DNA of 64,000 bases from Azolla caroliniana (Eukaryota > Plantae > Polypodiophyta): the NCBI GenBank assembly GCA_043228905.1, contig JBHGNT010000013.1:2418001-2482000 (forward strand), given 5' to 3'. Positions 26,501-38,091 of the stretch are shown here, one piece after another. The notes beneath the pieces are model-generated. The model worked only from the letters and a program-made list of their open reading frames with translations. It was not told where the DNA came from and did not search any database. How positions within the stretch are numbered: the stretch's first letter is position 1; every line of letters begins with the position of its first letter. Made by a program: the position numbers and the translations under genes.

Positions 26501-29357
26501 ACTCTCATCTTGATTCCCGGCTTCATCATCCTCTGCCAGGGCTGATTCAGGCTCACTGGCCTGATCTTCCGACATTGGGTCGGGATCGGAAGTCGGAGTC
26601 GGTACGGAGTACCAGGATGCCGATTCGTCGAACTCGACATCCCGGCTAACTCGGACTTCCTTCATCCGAGGGTTATAGCACTTATACCCCTTTTGCTCTT
26701 GAGCATACCCGACTAGGATGCATTTTTCCGATTTTGCATCCAGCTTTCTCCGCTTCTGATCCGGCACATGCACATATGCTATGCTGTCGAATATCCGAAG
26801 GTGTCTTAAGTTCGGCTTGCGCCCGAAATACAGCTCATGAGCTGACACCTTGTCACCAATGCGGTTTTGTATGTAGACGGCCGTCCGGACCGCCTCCGCC
26901 CAGTAGAACCGGGGCATGCTATTCTCCTCCAGCATTGCCCTTGCCGCTTCGACGAGTGTCCGGTTGTTCCTTTCGGCCACACCGTTTTGCTCCGGTGTGT
27001 ATCTGCAGCTGAACTCTCGCCGAATTCCCTTCTGCTGCAGATAACTAGTGAATTGGCCGGAAAAATATTCCTTTCCACCATCCGACCGAAGGCATTTGAT
27101 CTTCCTCTCTGATTCCCGTTCCACCATCTTCTGGAGGCTCCGGAAATAGTCGAAGACTTCGCTCTTCCGCTCAATGAGGTAGATCCAAGTATGTCGAGTA
27201 TAGTCGTCGATGAAGGAGACGAAGTATCGGTTCCCGCCAAGGCTTACACTTTGTGCCGGTCCCCACACATCCGAATGGATGAGATCGAGCTTGTTACGGC
27301 TCCGGTTCCGTTCGGTGGGGAATGGAAGCCGGTGTTGCTTCCCAAGTTGGCAGGCTTCACAACTTTCGGCTCTCCAGCCATTGAACTTCGGCAAACCGAA
27401 AACGACTTGTTTCGTTTGCAGGTCTTGAAGCCTCCGGTAGTTGACGTGGCCTATCCGCTTGTGCCACAGGTCGATGTCCGACTCGACCTTCTGTCGTTTC
27501 GCGAACAGAGCGGTGCCAAAGTCATTGGTGTTGAGGATAAACATCCTCCCGTCTCTGCGACCTTGCGCAATGACTTCGCCCTCATCCTTAATGAGGCACC
27601 CGAGGTGCGTAAACCGCACCTACATCCCCTGGTCGACAATCTGACCGACAGACACCAGGTTCTTCGTGATTGTTGGAACGTGTAATACGTTCATCAGCTT
27701 CCCTTTCTGTCCGACGTGGCTTAGAGGGACTTCTTTGCCGTGCACGATTGGGTGAGGAGTGTCGTCTCCGGTTTCGACTACTCCTGGTTGATCCAGTTTC
27801 TCCAGAAAGGAGAACCACTCTTTGTGGCTCGTCATGTGGTTCGATGCACCGGAATCAACATACCACACTTCCTCCGTTTTGGAAGTGGTCTTCTTCATTG
27901 AGTTTGCCTTGTGATTCATCACTAAGGCTGGCCCCTTACCGGCCTTTCCGGTTCCGGATCCTCCTGATCCGTTTGCGTAGTGCGAGTTTTGCTGGTCATC
28001 CTTACTAGTCTTGCCGGATCCGGATTTGTCCGAATCGGCACGCTTTCCCTGTGGCCTTTTTTGCCACAGTACCAGCATTCCGTAGCGGATTTGTCTTGCT
28101 GGCCTCCGGCACCGCCTTGACTCCCCCTGCTTGTGGAAGTCCCGGAACTGCTGTCGGCACACTCATAGTGCCTCCGTTCCTGCTCTTGCCGGTCGCCTCC
28201 ATTACGTGCCGATCCACCTCTTCCACCACGCCCACAGAACCGATCCGTTCCCGTGTACAACATTCGGCTGTCCGGGGATGCACTGGTAGATGCACCGGCG
28301 TGGTTCCCCTCTACAAGGAGCATCGACTGTAAGTCGAAGAATGAGGGGGTATTCTCCCTTGTACACACCGCAGTCTGGAACGCTCCGAACTTGGACGGCA
28401 GGCCTCCGAGACATACCTGCACCATCTCATCTTCCTCTACGGTAACATTGATAGAGGCGAGCGAGTCGCAGATCTCCTTTATCCGGCCCGTGTAGTCTAC
28501 CACGGACATGTTCTTCTGTCGAACATTGCTCAACTCCTGTCTGAGTTGCAACTTCCGGGCAGTGGTGCTTGCGGCGAAAACCTTTTTCAGGTTCCCCCAA
28601 GCATCCTTCGGTGTCTTGGCGTCACGGATGTGGCTGAGCAGCTGATCGCCGACACTGGACGCGAAGCAGTACATCACCCTGCTTGCCGCCTGTTCCCATA
28701 CCGGGAATTCCTTGTGTGCCGAGTCGGGTGCCGCATCATTCGCTCCTTCGACATAACTCCAGTACCTGTGTCCAAGCAGGTACTAGTGCATCTTGTAAGA
28801 CCAGGATGCGTAGTTGCTCCTGTCGAGCTTCTCCACCGGGAGCGACGTAGCCATGCCTCTACCCATTACTTCTACTGTGTCTGTTTTCGACCTGTTAGGG
28901 TTTTCTTCTCAAGAGTAAATGTCTGCAGCAGAGGTTCTCAACCCTCGCGCTCTGATACCATGTAAACGTGAGTGTTTGTGGAAGCGTAAAACAAAGAACA
29001 ACACACAGAGAGACAGAGACAGAGAGAGCAGAACGTAATTTCAAAATTATATCAAGACTCTATATACACACTGTGCTAAGTAGCACTATTTATACAAGTC
29101 CTCTTGGGACTGACAGAAGTACCATGTACTTCAATGCTCACACAAGCATCTGACACTTACTACGAGACTATAGCTACCTAGTAGTCTATCCTATACTAGG
29201 CTTCTGATTGGACTGCCAATTACGGATTGCACCCGGCCTCCACTGCTTGCCGGTTCGGTTGCTCACTGTCATACCGATCCGTTTCGCCCGATCCGTCTCG
29301 CTTACCGGCTCCGGCTTATTCAGCCGATCCGGCTCCGGTTGAGCTTGCCGCTCAACA
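23476..29357 (-). mobile_element. Structurally complete Ty1/Copia LTR retrotransposon
   Basis: LTRs 28961-29357 and 23476-23869 (TG...CA), PBS-iMet TGGTATCAGAGC at 28949-28960, PPT at 23870-23882, 5-bp TSD AAGAT (23471-23475 / 29358-29362); empty site at ~51489. Confidence 0.97.
23864..28866 (-). pseudogene. Copia gag-pol polyprotein, disrupted by several stops and frameshifts
   Basis: gag CWYCGKKGH, PR WYVDSGASNHM, INT LWHKRIGH/HSDVWG/LRSDGGKEY/NGVAER, RT YGLKQAP/LLYVDD, RH KHIEVHYHF/ADIFTKPL. Confidence 0.95.
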
Positions 29358-30046
29358 AAGATCTATTATAAAGTCCACAGAGATGGATTTACACGGACTA
29401 GTAGAAATTGGCCATGGATGTAATAACCCATATGGTCGATGTCGCGGAATCTTTGATCGGCAACACACGGCACAAGTACGAACATAATCCTCAACAAACT
29501 CCCGAAGATGAGGCCACCAATAGTTTTGAGAAACTAGCTCCAAAGTTTTGTGGATTCCAAAGTGACCAACCATTGGGTTGTCATGACAATATTGCATTAC
29601 TTGTGGTCGAGATGAACCATTGGGGATATACAAAAGAGTGTTACGAAAAAGTAACCCATTTTTCCATTGAAATTGGTTATAATCTTTACAAGGATACTTG
29701 GATTTTGAAGAAGATGCACGATCTGAAATGATATGGTTCAATCCATCTTAAGGAAATTCATCAGAAATGATACCTATTTGGACTGAATCAAGGAGCCTAG
29801 AATCTTTAGGTGCTATAGAGGCATTAATAGTCAATAGTCGAAACCGATCAAGCCCGATGATGACTTGCTTTTGATGATCAAATGTGGGCTCACCTGGTTG
29901 TGGTGCTAAAGAAGATCATCATGATAGAGAGTCTGCCTTTCCTTGTTGTACTTCAGGGCAATATGTGATGAGGAAGTCAAAATGCGACAGGAATTGTTGG
30001 GAGACAGGTCCCTCCGGATGGGAAGAGAGAAGAAAAGTGCTGATGA

Positions 30047-31475
30047 ACCATACGTATGAATTGGTGGAGTTGCCGAAAGGAAAGCGGGCACTCCGAAACA
30101 AGTGGGTGTACAAGTTGAAACCGGGAGATGCCGGCAAACCCCCAAGATACAAAGCCAGGATCGTGGTGAAGGGGTTCCAGTACAAAAAGGGCGTGGACTT
30201 TGACGAGATATTTGCCCCGGTAGTAAAGATGACCTCCATCCGGACGGTGCTGAGTATAGCGGCAAGCATGGACCTTGAGGTAGAAAGCCTGGACGTGAAG
30301 ACGGCATTCCTTCATGGCGATCTCGAAGAGGAGATCTACATGCAGCAATCGGAGGGATTTGTGGAGAAAGGGAAGGAGCACCTGGTATGCTGGTTGAAGA
30401 TGAGCCTCTACGGGTTGAAGGGTACCACAAGACGCAGGCCGATCACTGCGTGTTTGTGAAGAAGTTCGAAGGAGGCGACTTCCTGATACTCCTTCTGTAC
30501 GTGGACGACATGTTGATCGTCGGACGGGACCAAGCCAAAATACGGATGCTAAAGAAGGCTCTCAACCGGACCTTCTCAATGAAAGACTTGGGTCCGGCAA
30601 GACAGATGCTGGGGATGCATATTATCCGGAACCGGTCAGTGAAGCAATTATGGCTATCACAAGAGAAGTACGTGAAAAAGGTGCTTCAGCGGTTCAAAAT
30701 GTCAGATGCGAAACCGGTCGGATCGACACTTCCGGCAAACTGCAGGTTATCCGGTAAGTATAGCCCGAAGACGAAAGCAGAGAAGGCGGATATGATGAAG
30801 ATTCCATATGCCTCTACCGTCGGGAGCTTAATGTACGCAATGGTGTGTACCCGACCGGATATAGGATACGCAGTCGGAGTGGTGTGCCGGTTCATGAGCA
30901 ATCCCGGCAAGGAGCACTGGAACGTGGTCAAATGGATATTCCGGTATTTGAAGGGCACTTCAAATATGTGTCTCCGATTCGGCTCCGGAAAACCTCAACT
31001 TCACGGTTTCACCGATTCGAACATGTCGGCTGATGTGGATACTAGCCAATCTACATCCGGGTATGTAATGACATATGCAGGGGTAGCTGTTTCATTGCAG
31101 TCGAGGCTGTAGAAGACGGTTGCGTTGTCAGCCACGGAGGCGGAGTACATGGCAGCTATGGAAGCCGGCAAGGAAATGTTATGGATGAAGGACTTCATCG
31201 GAGAGCTCGATATCCGGCAAGACAGATACCGGCTCTATTGAGACAGTCAAAGTGCCATCCACCTTGCTAAGAATGCGGCCTACCATTCCCGGACGAAGCA
31301 TATCCAGCGAAGGTATCACTGGATCTAGGAAAGAGTAGATGACCAGGAGTTCGCACTGACGAAGATCCACACGGCCGAGAACGGGTCAGATATGCTAACC
31401 AAAGTGCTGATACCCGACAAGCTGGATGCATGCCAGAAGAGGATCGGACTAGTAAGACACCCCATGCCGAAGTGA
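30047..31475 (+). pseudogene. Copia RT/RNase H of the first (5'-deleted) tandem unit
   Basis: NKWVYKLK, LDVKTAFLHGDL, LLYVDDML; near-identical to ~42378-43845. Confidence 0.9.
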
Positions 31476-31485
31476 AGGGAGAGTT

Positions 31486-31997
31486 TGTTGGGAGACAAGT
31501 CCCTCCGGAACGGAAGAGAGAAGAACAGTGCTGATGAACATACTCGGCCGAGGCCGAAACCGGATGAGGAGTACCCGACTATGGAGAGCCAGATGGTGCA
31601 AACCCGATGAGAACCGGATGAGGAGTACCCGGCTACGGAGAGCCGGATGGTGCAGACCCGGTGAGGAGTGCTCACCGGATGAAGAGACATATTCATAAAT
31701 ATGTTTTCTGAGAGTCCATTGTGGCTATATTTGTAAATAGCCGAAAAGTCATATTAGTATAAATATGACTTAGGGAAAACTTTTAGTTGTTGTTGTCATT
31801 CTTGTTTTGCACAAGATTATAGCGCATAACAGTGTACAGAGAGAGAGAGAGAGGAAGAGGTCGCTGCCTATATTGTAACCACCGCCTATGGCGAAGATCG
31901 TGAGCAGGAGGTCGTTGCCTCCGTGAACTCACTGTTGTATGATTCTATGCTCGGTTGTGGCCGAGCGTTGTGCATAGGGAGAGTTTAGTTCCCGTCA
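31486..31997 (+). mobile_element. Shared middle LTR (512 bp)
   Basis: TGTTGGG...CCGTCA, preceded by a PPT and followed by PBS tggtatcagagc. Confidence 0.92.
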
Positions 31998-32026
31998 AGT
32001 GGTATCAGAGCAAAACGACACAGAAA

Positions 32027-33006
32027 ATGGACGAATCGTTTGGCGGCATGTTCAAGCTCACCGGCTCCAACTTTTCAGTGTGGAAGTCGAAGATGAGGGA
32101 CATGCTCGTGGTTAAAGACCTCTGGCTGCCGGTTGAGTTCGGGGAAAAGAGATTGGTCAAAACTGACGCCGCGATATGGGAGGTGATGCACATGAAGACA
32201 ACGGCGTACATACGTTGCTTCATCGACAGGAGCCTGTACAACAACTTCAATGAAGAGAGCAAGGCTCATGAGCTCTGGGAGAAGATCGACATAATGTTTC
32301 AAAACCAAAATGTTGTGAATCAGGTTTCGGTATTCCGGAAGCTAGTAAGACTCCGGTACCAAGATGGCTCCAGGATGGCGAAGCACATGAATGCCTTCCA
32401 GGGGCTGATCCACCAGGCAACTTCATTGGAAGTACTCTCGCTGATGAGGTACTAGCGTTACTCCTGCTCGGTTCCCTCCCGGATAGCTGGGAGACGCTGG
32501 TTGTAACTTTGGGCAACGCCGGGCCGGAAGGAAAGCGGTTATCCCTAGCAAGAGTAACGTCGAGCTTGCTAGATGAGGAAGCGCGTCGGAAAGATAAAGA
32601 TACGAGCTCCGACTCCAAAGCGCTCCTTACCGAATCGGAACGCGGAAGACATAGAAACCGTAGTCCCCAGAACCGGGAGAAGTCGGGGACACGGTCAAAG
32701 TCAAGGGGAAGGCCTACTTGCTTCTATTGTGGCAAGCCGGGACACTTCCAAAAGAACTGTCGGCATTTCCGAAAAGACAAGGAAATCGACGGTACCGATT
32801 CGAAGCGGATACCGGACCGGAACAGTAAAGACCGGAGGGGACTAGACCGGAAGGGGACGACGGCAATCGCGACAAGTGAAGAAGAGTTGATGCTCATCAC
32901 CGAGGAGAGTGAGATAAACCTTGCCGGCGACGAGATGACCTGGGTGGTCGACTCCGGAGCGTTGTTCCACCTTACCCCGGACCGGAAATGCTTCTCATCC
33001 TACTTA
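32027..33006 (+). pseudogene. Copia gag and protease start, cut by the TIR element
   Basis: MFKLTGSNFSVWK, CFYCGKPGHFQKNC, WVVDSGA; frame ...KCFSSYL resumes as VGDHGCVQMGN at 40794. Confidence 0.92.
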
Positions 33007-34134
33007 AACACCGGGTCATTTGAAACAGGTAATATGTCGCATTCTCTTTTTCATATCTTAGTGAGATGTTAAAAAATGCCTTATTTAAGCAGAATTTCAA
33101 CAAGGCACGACGCATGTGTATGTGGTTTATGAAAACATAGCGAAAAAAAGAACTAACTAATATCACGTCAACAAAATCATCCGACGTATATTCTATCTAC
33201 CATGTTTTTGTCCAAATCTTAGACAGGGGTGTATTTGTCAACACAAGTATAATAGTAACACGGGTCCTTGTGCATATTCTAAAAAGCATGCCCCATTGAA
33301 TAAGTGACTTCTTCTAATTATGTGTGTATATTTAAATATAATACATCTTAAAGCAAATTGTGAACCTTGCAATTAAGAGATACTACTATGTCAAGAGAAA
33401 ATTTCCATTGACACATGATACATGACACTGTCAATGTATAAATAAACTAGTCTACAATAACATTCCAATCATACAAGTAAATGATAGAGTATAAACTTAT
33501 CTCCGATATACCCCAAATGATAAAGGAGAGTTTAGATAACATGTACACATACAAGTATACTTAATTTCTAAGTTCAATGATTGTTACACGAAAATTATAA
33601 GTAAGCTCAACTTATATATTACGTCAAAATTTAACAATTCATATTGTTCAAAATTTACAATAAGCCATAACCATTCAATCGAATAATAAGTCTGGTAAAG
33701 CCGTCTACTCAGGATTAGCTCTTTCATCAGGATTTTCCTCATTGGCTTCGTCAGTACGCTAAGTTGAATTGTTAGTATGTTCAGACTCTGAAACGTCTTC
33801 TAATTCAACAAGTTGACCTGTGTCTTCATCTATAGTTCCACAAGTTTTCTAAATGTCATCTGGAACATCTAAGTTTTATTGATATGCTTTGCCCCAACTT
33901 CTTGGTCTTGATCAGGACAACCCCAGATACCTTGGATCCTCATTTTGATGACATTAACTTGCTCAAGGTCCTTCTCTAATGCAATAGAGTTCCTGATAAT
34001 CTTTAAGGCGTATGTTTTAGTAGTACATGACAATAGAATGAAATTGCACAGGTAACATCAAACTGAAGAATAGAATATAACGTTAATCTAAATTGATGTA
34101 AGTTTTATATTATATACCTGTGTCAGAAAACTAA

Positions 34135-34790
34135 TCTAAAACCCATTGAAATTTTGAAACAATAAAATTTGAAAAAATAAAAAATCTTGGATTTTTAATT
34201 GGAATCCAATGCGATGCACTAGATTTCAGTTGAAAATCCAAGTTTTTTTTTTTTTTGTAATTTTTAAAATTTTTTCCATTAAAAAATAAAAAATGGATTT
34301 TCAGCTAAAATACTATGCACTACATTATATTTTAGTATATATAGCTAGAATCTAATGCAATGCGTTGGATTAGAGTCGAAAATCCATTTTTCTTTTTTCT
34401 TTTTCCAATGTTATTTATTTATTTATTTTCCATATAAAATAATAATAAACGGCTTTTCAACTAAAATCCGATAAACTACATCAGATCGTAGTCTATACAG
34501 CTAGACATTGATGCATTGCATCAGATTTTAGCTGGCAATCCTCTTTGTTTCCAATTGTTTTTCATTTTTTCAAAAAATAAATAAAAATATATTAAAAAAG
34601 TGGATTTCCAAATGAAATCTAATGCACTACATCGAATTTCAATTAAAAATCCAAATTTCTTTTAGGTTTTTCATAAAACAATGAGATAATAAAAAAATAT
34701 TACATTTTCAACAAGATCTGAACCATTGAGTCGGATTTCAATTGCAAATTAATGTTTTATGAAAAAACATAAGAAAAATATTGGACTTTC
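34135..34790. repeat. Left internal array of degenerate palindromic repeats
   Basis: Decayed copies of aaatccgatgca-tgcatcggattt (~34201, 34305, 34350, 34460, 34612) between A/T tracts. Confidence 0.7.
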
Positions 34791-35405
34791 ACAATACACA
34801 TTACACTATCTACTCCGTTATTCGAAATCCATATAATACATGTTTGATAGGAGATGATGTCTCATACGTGTATCAGGTCAATGCCTCAAACCTCATGTTT
34901 CATATACCCCTCCGGTCGCCGAGTGTCCGTAGAGCCCAAAGGCGTTTATTACGCGTCACGATTACATCGTCATTGGATTGCGTCTTTGTTTAAGATCCGT
35001 TTATGTATGCATATGGATGGGATCACGCGTATGCCTATGCGATGTTATACATGTCTTAGACATGTAGTGTGCATGTTCAGAATTTGTTATACGATATCAA
35101 TATCATATGCATGACGGGGTTTAGGGTCGCGGTGCCCATTCTCACATTTCTGTGGGGAAGGTGCGGTGACCATCCTTATTTAACGAAATTAGTGCTACTA
35201 CCCTCGGTCGCCCCGATTGTGCCATATGTAAAAATTGCGCAAAGCATGGCCACGGTCGGTGTATGTTGCCTTGGATCATGGTGCCTTGCCCATTCCCCGC
35301 CCATTTAAGGGGAATTAGGTTTAGACCCACTTCTCATTGGATCGCCCTTACGAATCCCGCATCGAGTCTCCCGCGTTCGTTACTTGATTAGGGGGGCGTC
35401 ACGAG
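34791..35405 (+). repeat. Direct repeat A (~615 bp), left of the snRNA cassette
   Basis: Near-identical to 38092-38718 (offset 3301 bp, 12-bp indel). Confidence 0.93.
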
Positions 35406-35968
35406 ACCATCATTGTGAAACGCGTTGGTCATGAGATAACCATGTGACGGGCCACACTAGCTTCAATGTGGAGAAGAGGGCGCGTGTCGCCGTGGCCATT
35501 AGGTTGCTCATTAGTGTGTGCCATTGTCATGACGAGACTCGAGGTTGGGTGACGTGAAAACATAGTTACCTAGATGCAACGATGCGGAACATATTTCCTT
35601 GAGGTTTACGCGCGCCGGTCGTTCAAGTAATTGTAAATTCTCTTTCCCTCGACATGCAGTGGGGGCTAATGATTTACTACGTGCAAACGGGTGGATCTCC
35701 ATTACAATTCTCGCTCGATTCGGGAAGCTCACACGATTTCGTGAAGGTTCGTTTGGTTCAGATATGGGGGCTTATAACCACCAATAACGAATCGCACCTA
35801 TAAGGTGCACTTGGCGATGGGAGAGTATCCCGACTTGGTATAGGGATGGATAATAGGGTGGCTACAACCAAACAACAACAAATGTGGTCCCCACGATCGG
35901 CTAAGGTGGTTTCGATGCAATGAGAGGACCAAAGTTTGTTTAAATGTTGAGATGATTATATAACGTAT

Positions 35969-36008
35969 ATCCCACATGGTGAGGCATGTTAGGGTGCAGC
36001 CTATAAGA
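35969..36008 (+). promoter_or_regulatory. U2 promoter: USE (ATCCCACATGG, 35969-35979) and TATA box (36002)
   Basis: Matches the plant snRNA USE RTCCCACATCG with 1 mismatch; TATA at -33. Confidence 0.85.
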
Positions 36009-36034
36009 AGCAAATCGGTTCTTCAAGAGAACTC

Positions 36035-36238
36035 ATACCTTTCTCGGCCTTTTGGCTAAGATCAAGTGTAGTATCTGTTCTTATCAGTTTAATATCTGAT
36101 ACGCGGCCTATTAGGCCGCACGATATTAACCTAATTTCTTTCATGGGGGCAGCTCTCGCTCAAGGCAGCTTGCTGCATTTGGGAGTTGCGTGCGTCGCCT
36201 CAACCTTGCACTGATGTTGAGGTCACATAGGCGCGCCC
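36035..36238 (+). ncRNA. U2: U2 spliceosomal snRNA
   Basis: ATACCTTTCTCGGCCTTTTGGCTAAGATCAAGTGTAGTATCTGTTCTTATCAGTTTAATATCTGATA is the canonical plant U2 5' end with branch-point pairing GTAGTA; SL IIb, SL III and SL IV (loop CTTGCACTGAT) present; Sm site atypical; 3' end approximate. Confidence 0.95.
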
Positions 36239-37053
36239 TCATTCTATAATGATAATAAAAATGAGGGTTGAGGTCACATAGGCGCGCCCTCATTCTACAA
36301 TGATAATAAAAATGAAGGAAGATGTTACATAGGCGCGTCCCGCTTCTAATGATAATCTAAAGGACGATGTCACGTGGATGAGCGTTCTAGATAAATGCAT
36401 CTATCTTTTCCCACATTTCTTTAGGTACTAGAACGGAAGGCTTTCAACGCATGGTGAACGTCCATGAATCGAGCAGAGAGACGAGCCAAACCGATGCCCG
36501 AGCTATAAAGAAGAACTATTGGAATGGGAGAGAAGATAAATGGAGGATGCGGCGGGCGTTCGCCTATGGTCGTTAGGCGTACGTATGTGGTCTCTCATGG
36601 TCCAAGGCAGAGAAGTGAACTAGATTTTACATCGACGCATGTGCAGCTCGTCGCGTGTATCCACTCAGAATTCTCTTCACTCTTACCATGGATACGCCAT
36701 GTGCCACCTCCGACCTATGACACGTGTATATCCTATACGTGTATATCCCCGCTCGATGGTTCTTTATACTCCTCTCGTTTCTTAGGGTACTGGAAATCGG
36801 TGTTGTGTTGGTGTCCGAAACCATATTGTGCTTCCGCCAAATCATTTTGCATAATATGCATGGCCGAGGGAAGCCACCAAAAAATAAGATGCTTCCGCCA
36901 AGCAAAATGCCGAGGGACTCTTAGCGCAACCGACGCTTCCGCCAAACATGGCCAACTTGACGATCAAGCATAAGCGCATGATTTGAGACGAATCTGCCAT
37001 GCGCGACCAATGCTTCCGCCAAAAGTGGACAACGTGATATCACTGGATTGAGA

Positions 37054-37216
37054 TGGGGGCCACGCGAACGCGAGCCCCTGCTGTCACAAATTATGACGTG
37101 CACTCTCCCGCTTGGGGAGATGCTAGGGCAAGCAGTCCCTCCGGTGGTGCAATGGAGGCACCGGCCCTAAGCCATCGGCCTTCTTGATCACCGATTGACC
37201 CCGCCCAGGTAAGTAT
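37054..37216 (-). ncRNA. U1: U1 spliceosomal snRNA
   Basis: Minus strand ATACTTACCTGGGCGGGGTCAATCGGTGATCAAGAAGGCCG...CCATTGCACC...ATAATTTGTG...GGGGCTCGCGTTCGCGTGGCCCC: 5' splice-site pairing region, U1-70K loop, U1A loop, Sm site and SL4 UUCG all present. Confidence 0.96.
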
Positions 37217-37241
37217 GTTTTGGCTTAGCGCAACGCTCTCG

Positions 37242-37281
37242 TTTTATAGCCCCCTTGCTCTCCATCCTCTCTATGTGGGAC
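37242..37281 (-). promoter_or_regulatory. U1 promoter: USE (GTCCCACATAG, 37271-37281) and TATAAAA (37242-37248)
   Basis: USE has 1 mismatch to consensus; TATA at -32; same 22-nt USE-TATA spacing as the U2 gene. Confidence 0.88.
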
Positions 37282-38091
37282 GTTCTTATCTTGCGTCTGT
37301 GTATTCACCATGACACACACGCACAGCCGTCATCGCGCCACCATCCTCTCACGTCAATCTACCCACTCACTATTGGTGGTTCACTTTAACCTCGTCCATG
37401 TTTAGCCCCTTCACGTTTCCGTTCATATCTATAGATCACACGTCACACGCTCCAACCTCGCCTACCTTCTCCTTCTTGTAATTAATTTAAGTACAACGGC
37501 TAGAGAGAAACCATGCGCGTCGTGACGTAGAACCGTGCGTCAATGGCCATGTGTTGCCGAAGCTGTAGAATAACAAACGAGGGAAACACCGATGCGATGT
37601 CCATGTACAACCAACACGCTCACACAATCCTTGAGCACTGGCCGAGACGTGAATCCACGCGTGCGTCGCTTGTGCAATCCCCGTCGATAGCTGAAGAACG
37701 TGAGGAGGATGAGGCGCATGTCTCACATCAGTCAATTTTGAGAATCACTTCCCGTCTCCCAAGCGCACAAATTGCGCGGATATGAGGAGGAGATACAACG
37801 CTTTCTAAAAGTTCGGAACGTCGGGAGCAAGAACTTCAAGTCGTGCGTTGCAAGCCCGGAGGAAACATAAGACGAAGCACGGAAATAGCAACAACGCAAC
37901 CCTTGAGCTACATCAAGGTTGTTCTTCTAAATCATGTGCTTTATCGTCTTCTACATTATTTCTTCTCCCTTGCGTGTACATGTTGAAGTCATTATTTTAA
38001 CGTATAGATCGTTAGATCATGTTGCCTTGGTCATACTTTATGCGTATAAATCGTATGCGTGTTAAATGTATTGCTTGTGAGGTTTACACCT

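Larger units (their letters stand above)
22610..29994 (-). mobile_element. Chromovirus Gypsy 3' portion (LTR start 22695, PPT, chromodomain, integrase) interrupted by the Copia at 23476-29357 and cut at 29995
   Basis: Chromodomain ORF 22691-23143; integrase zinc-binding region GHFG...CAVC in 29352-29741; colinear with 50750-52125. Confidence 0.9.

Noticed and set aside
35354-35364. USE-like ATCCCGCATCG suggesting a third snRNA gene
   Set aside because: No TATA box at the expected distance and no recognisable U4/U5/U6/U3 sequence downstream; the same applies to ttcccacattt near 36408.
34791-35405. Direct repeats as LTRs of a TRIM/Cassandra element
   Set aside because: No TG...CA termini, PBS, PPT, TSD or recognisable 5S rRNA segment.
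36524-36973. 149-aa ORF between U2 and U1, and other short cargo ORFs
   Set aside because: No recognisable motifs, and Cys/Arg-rich composition typical of chance ORFs; cannot be supported without a homology search.
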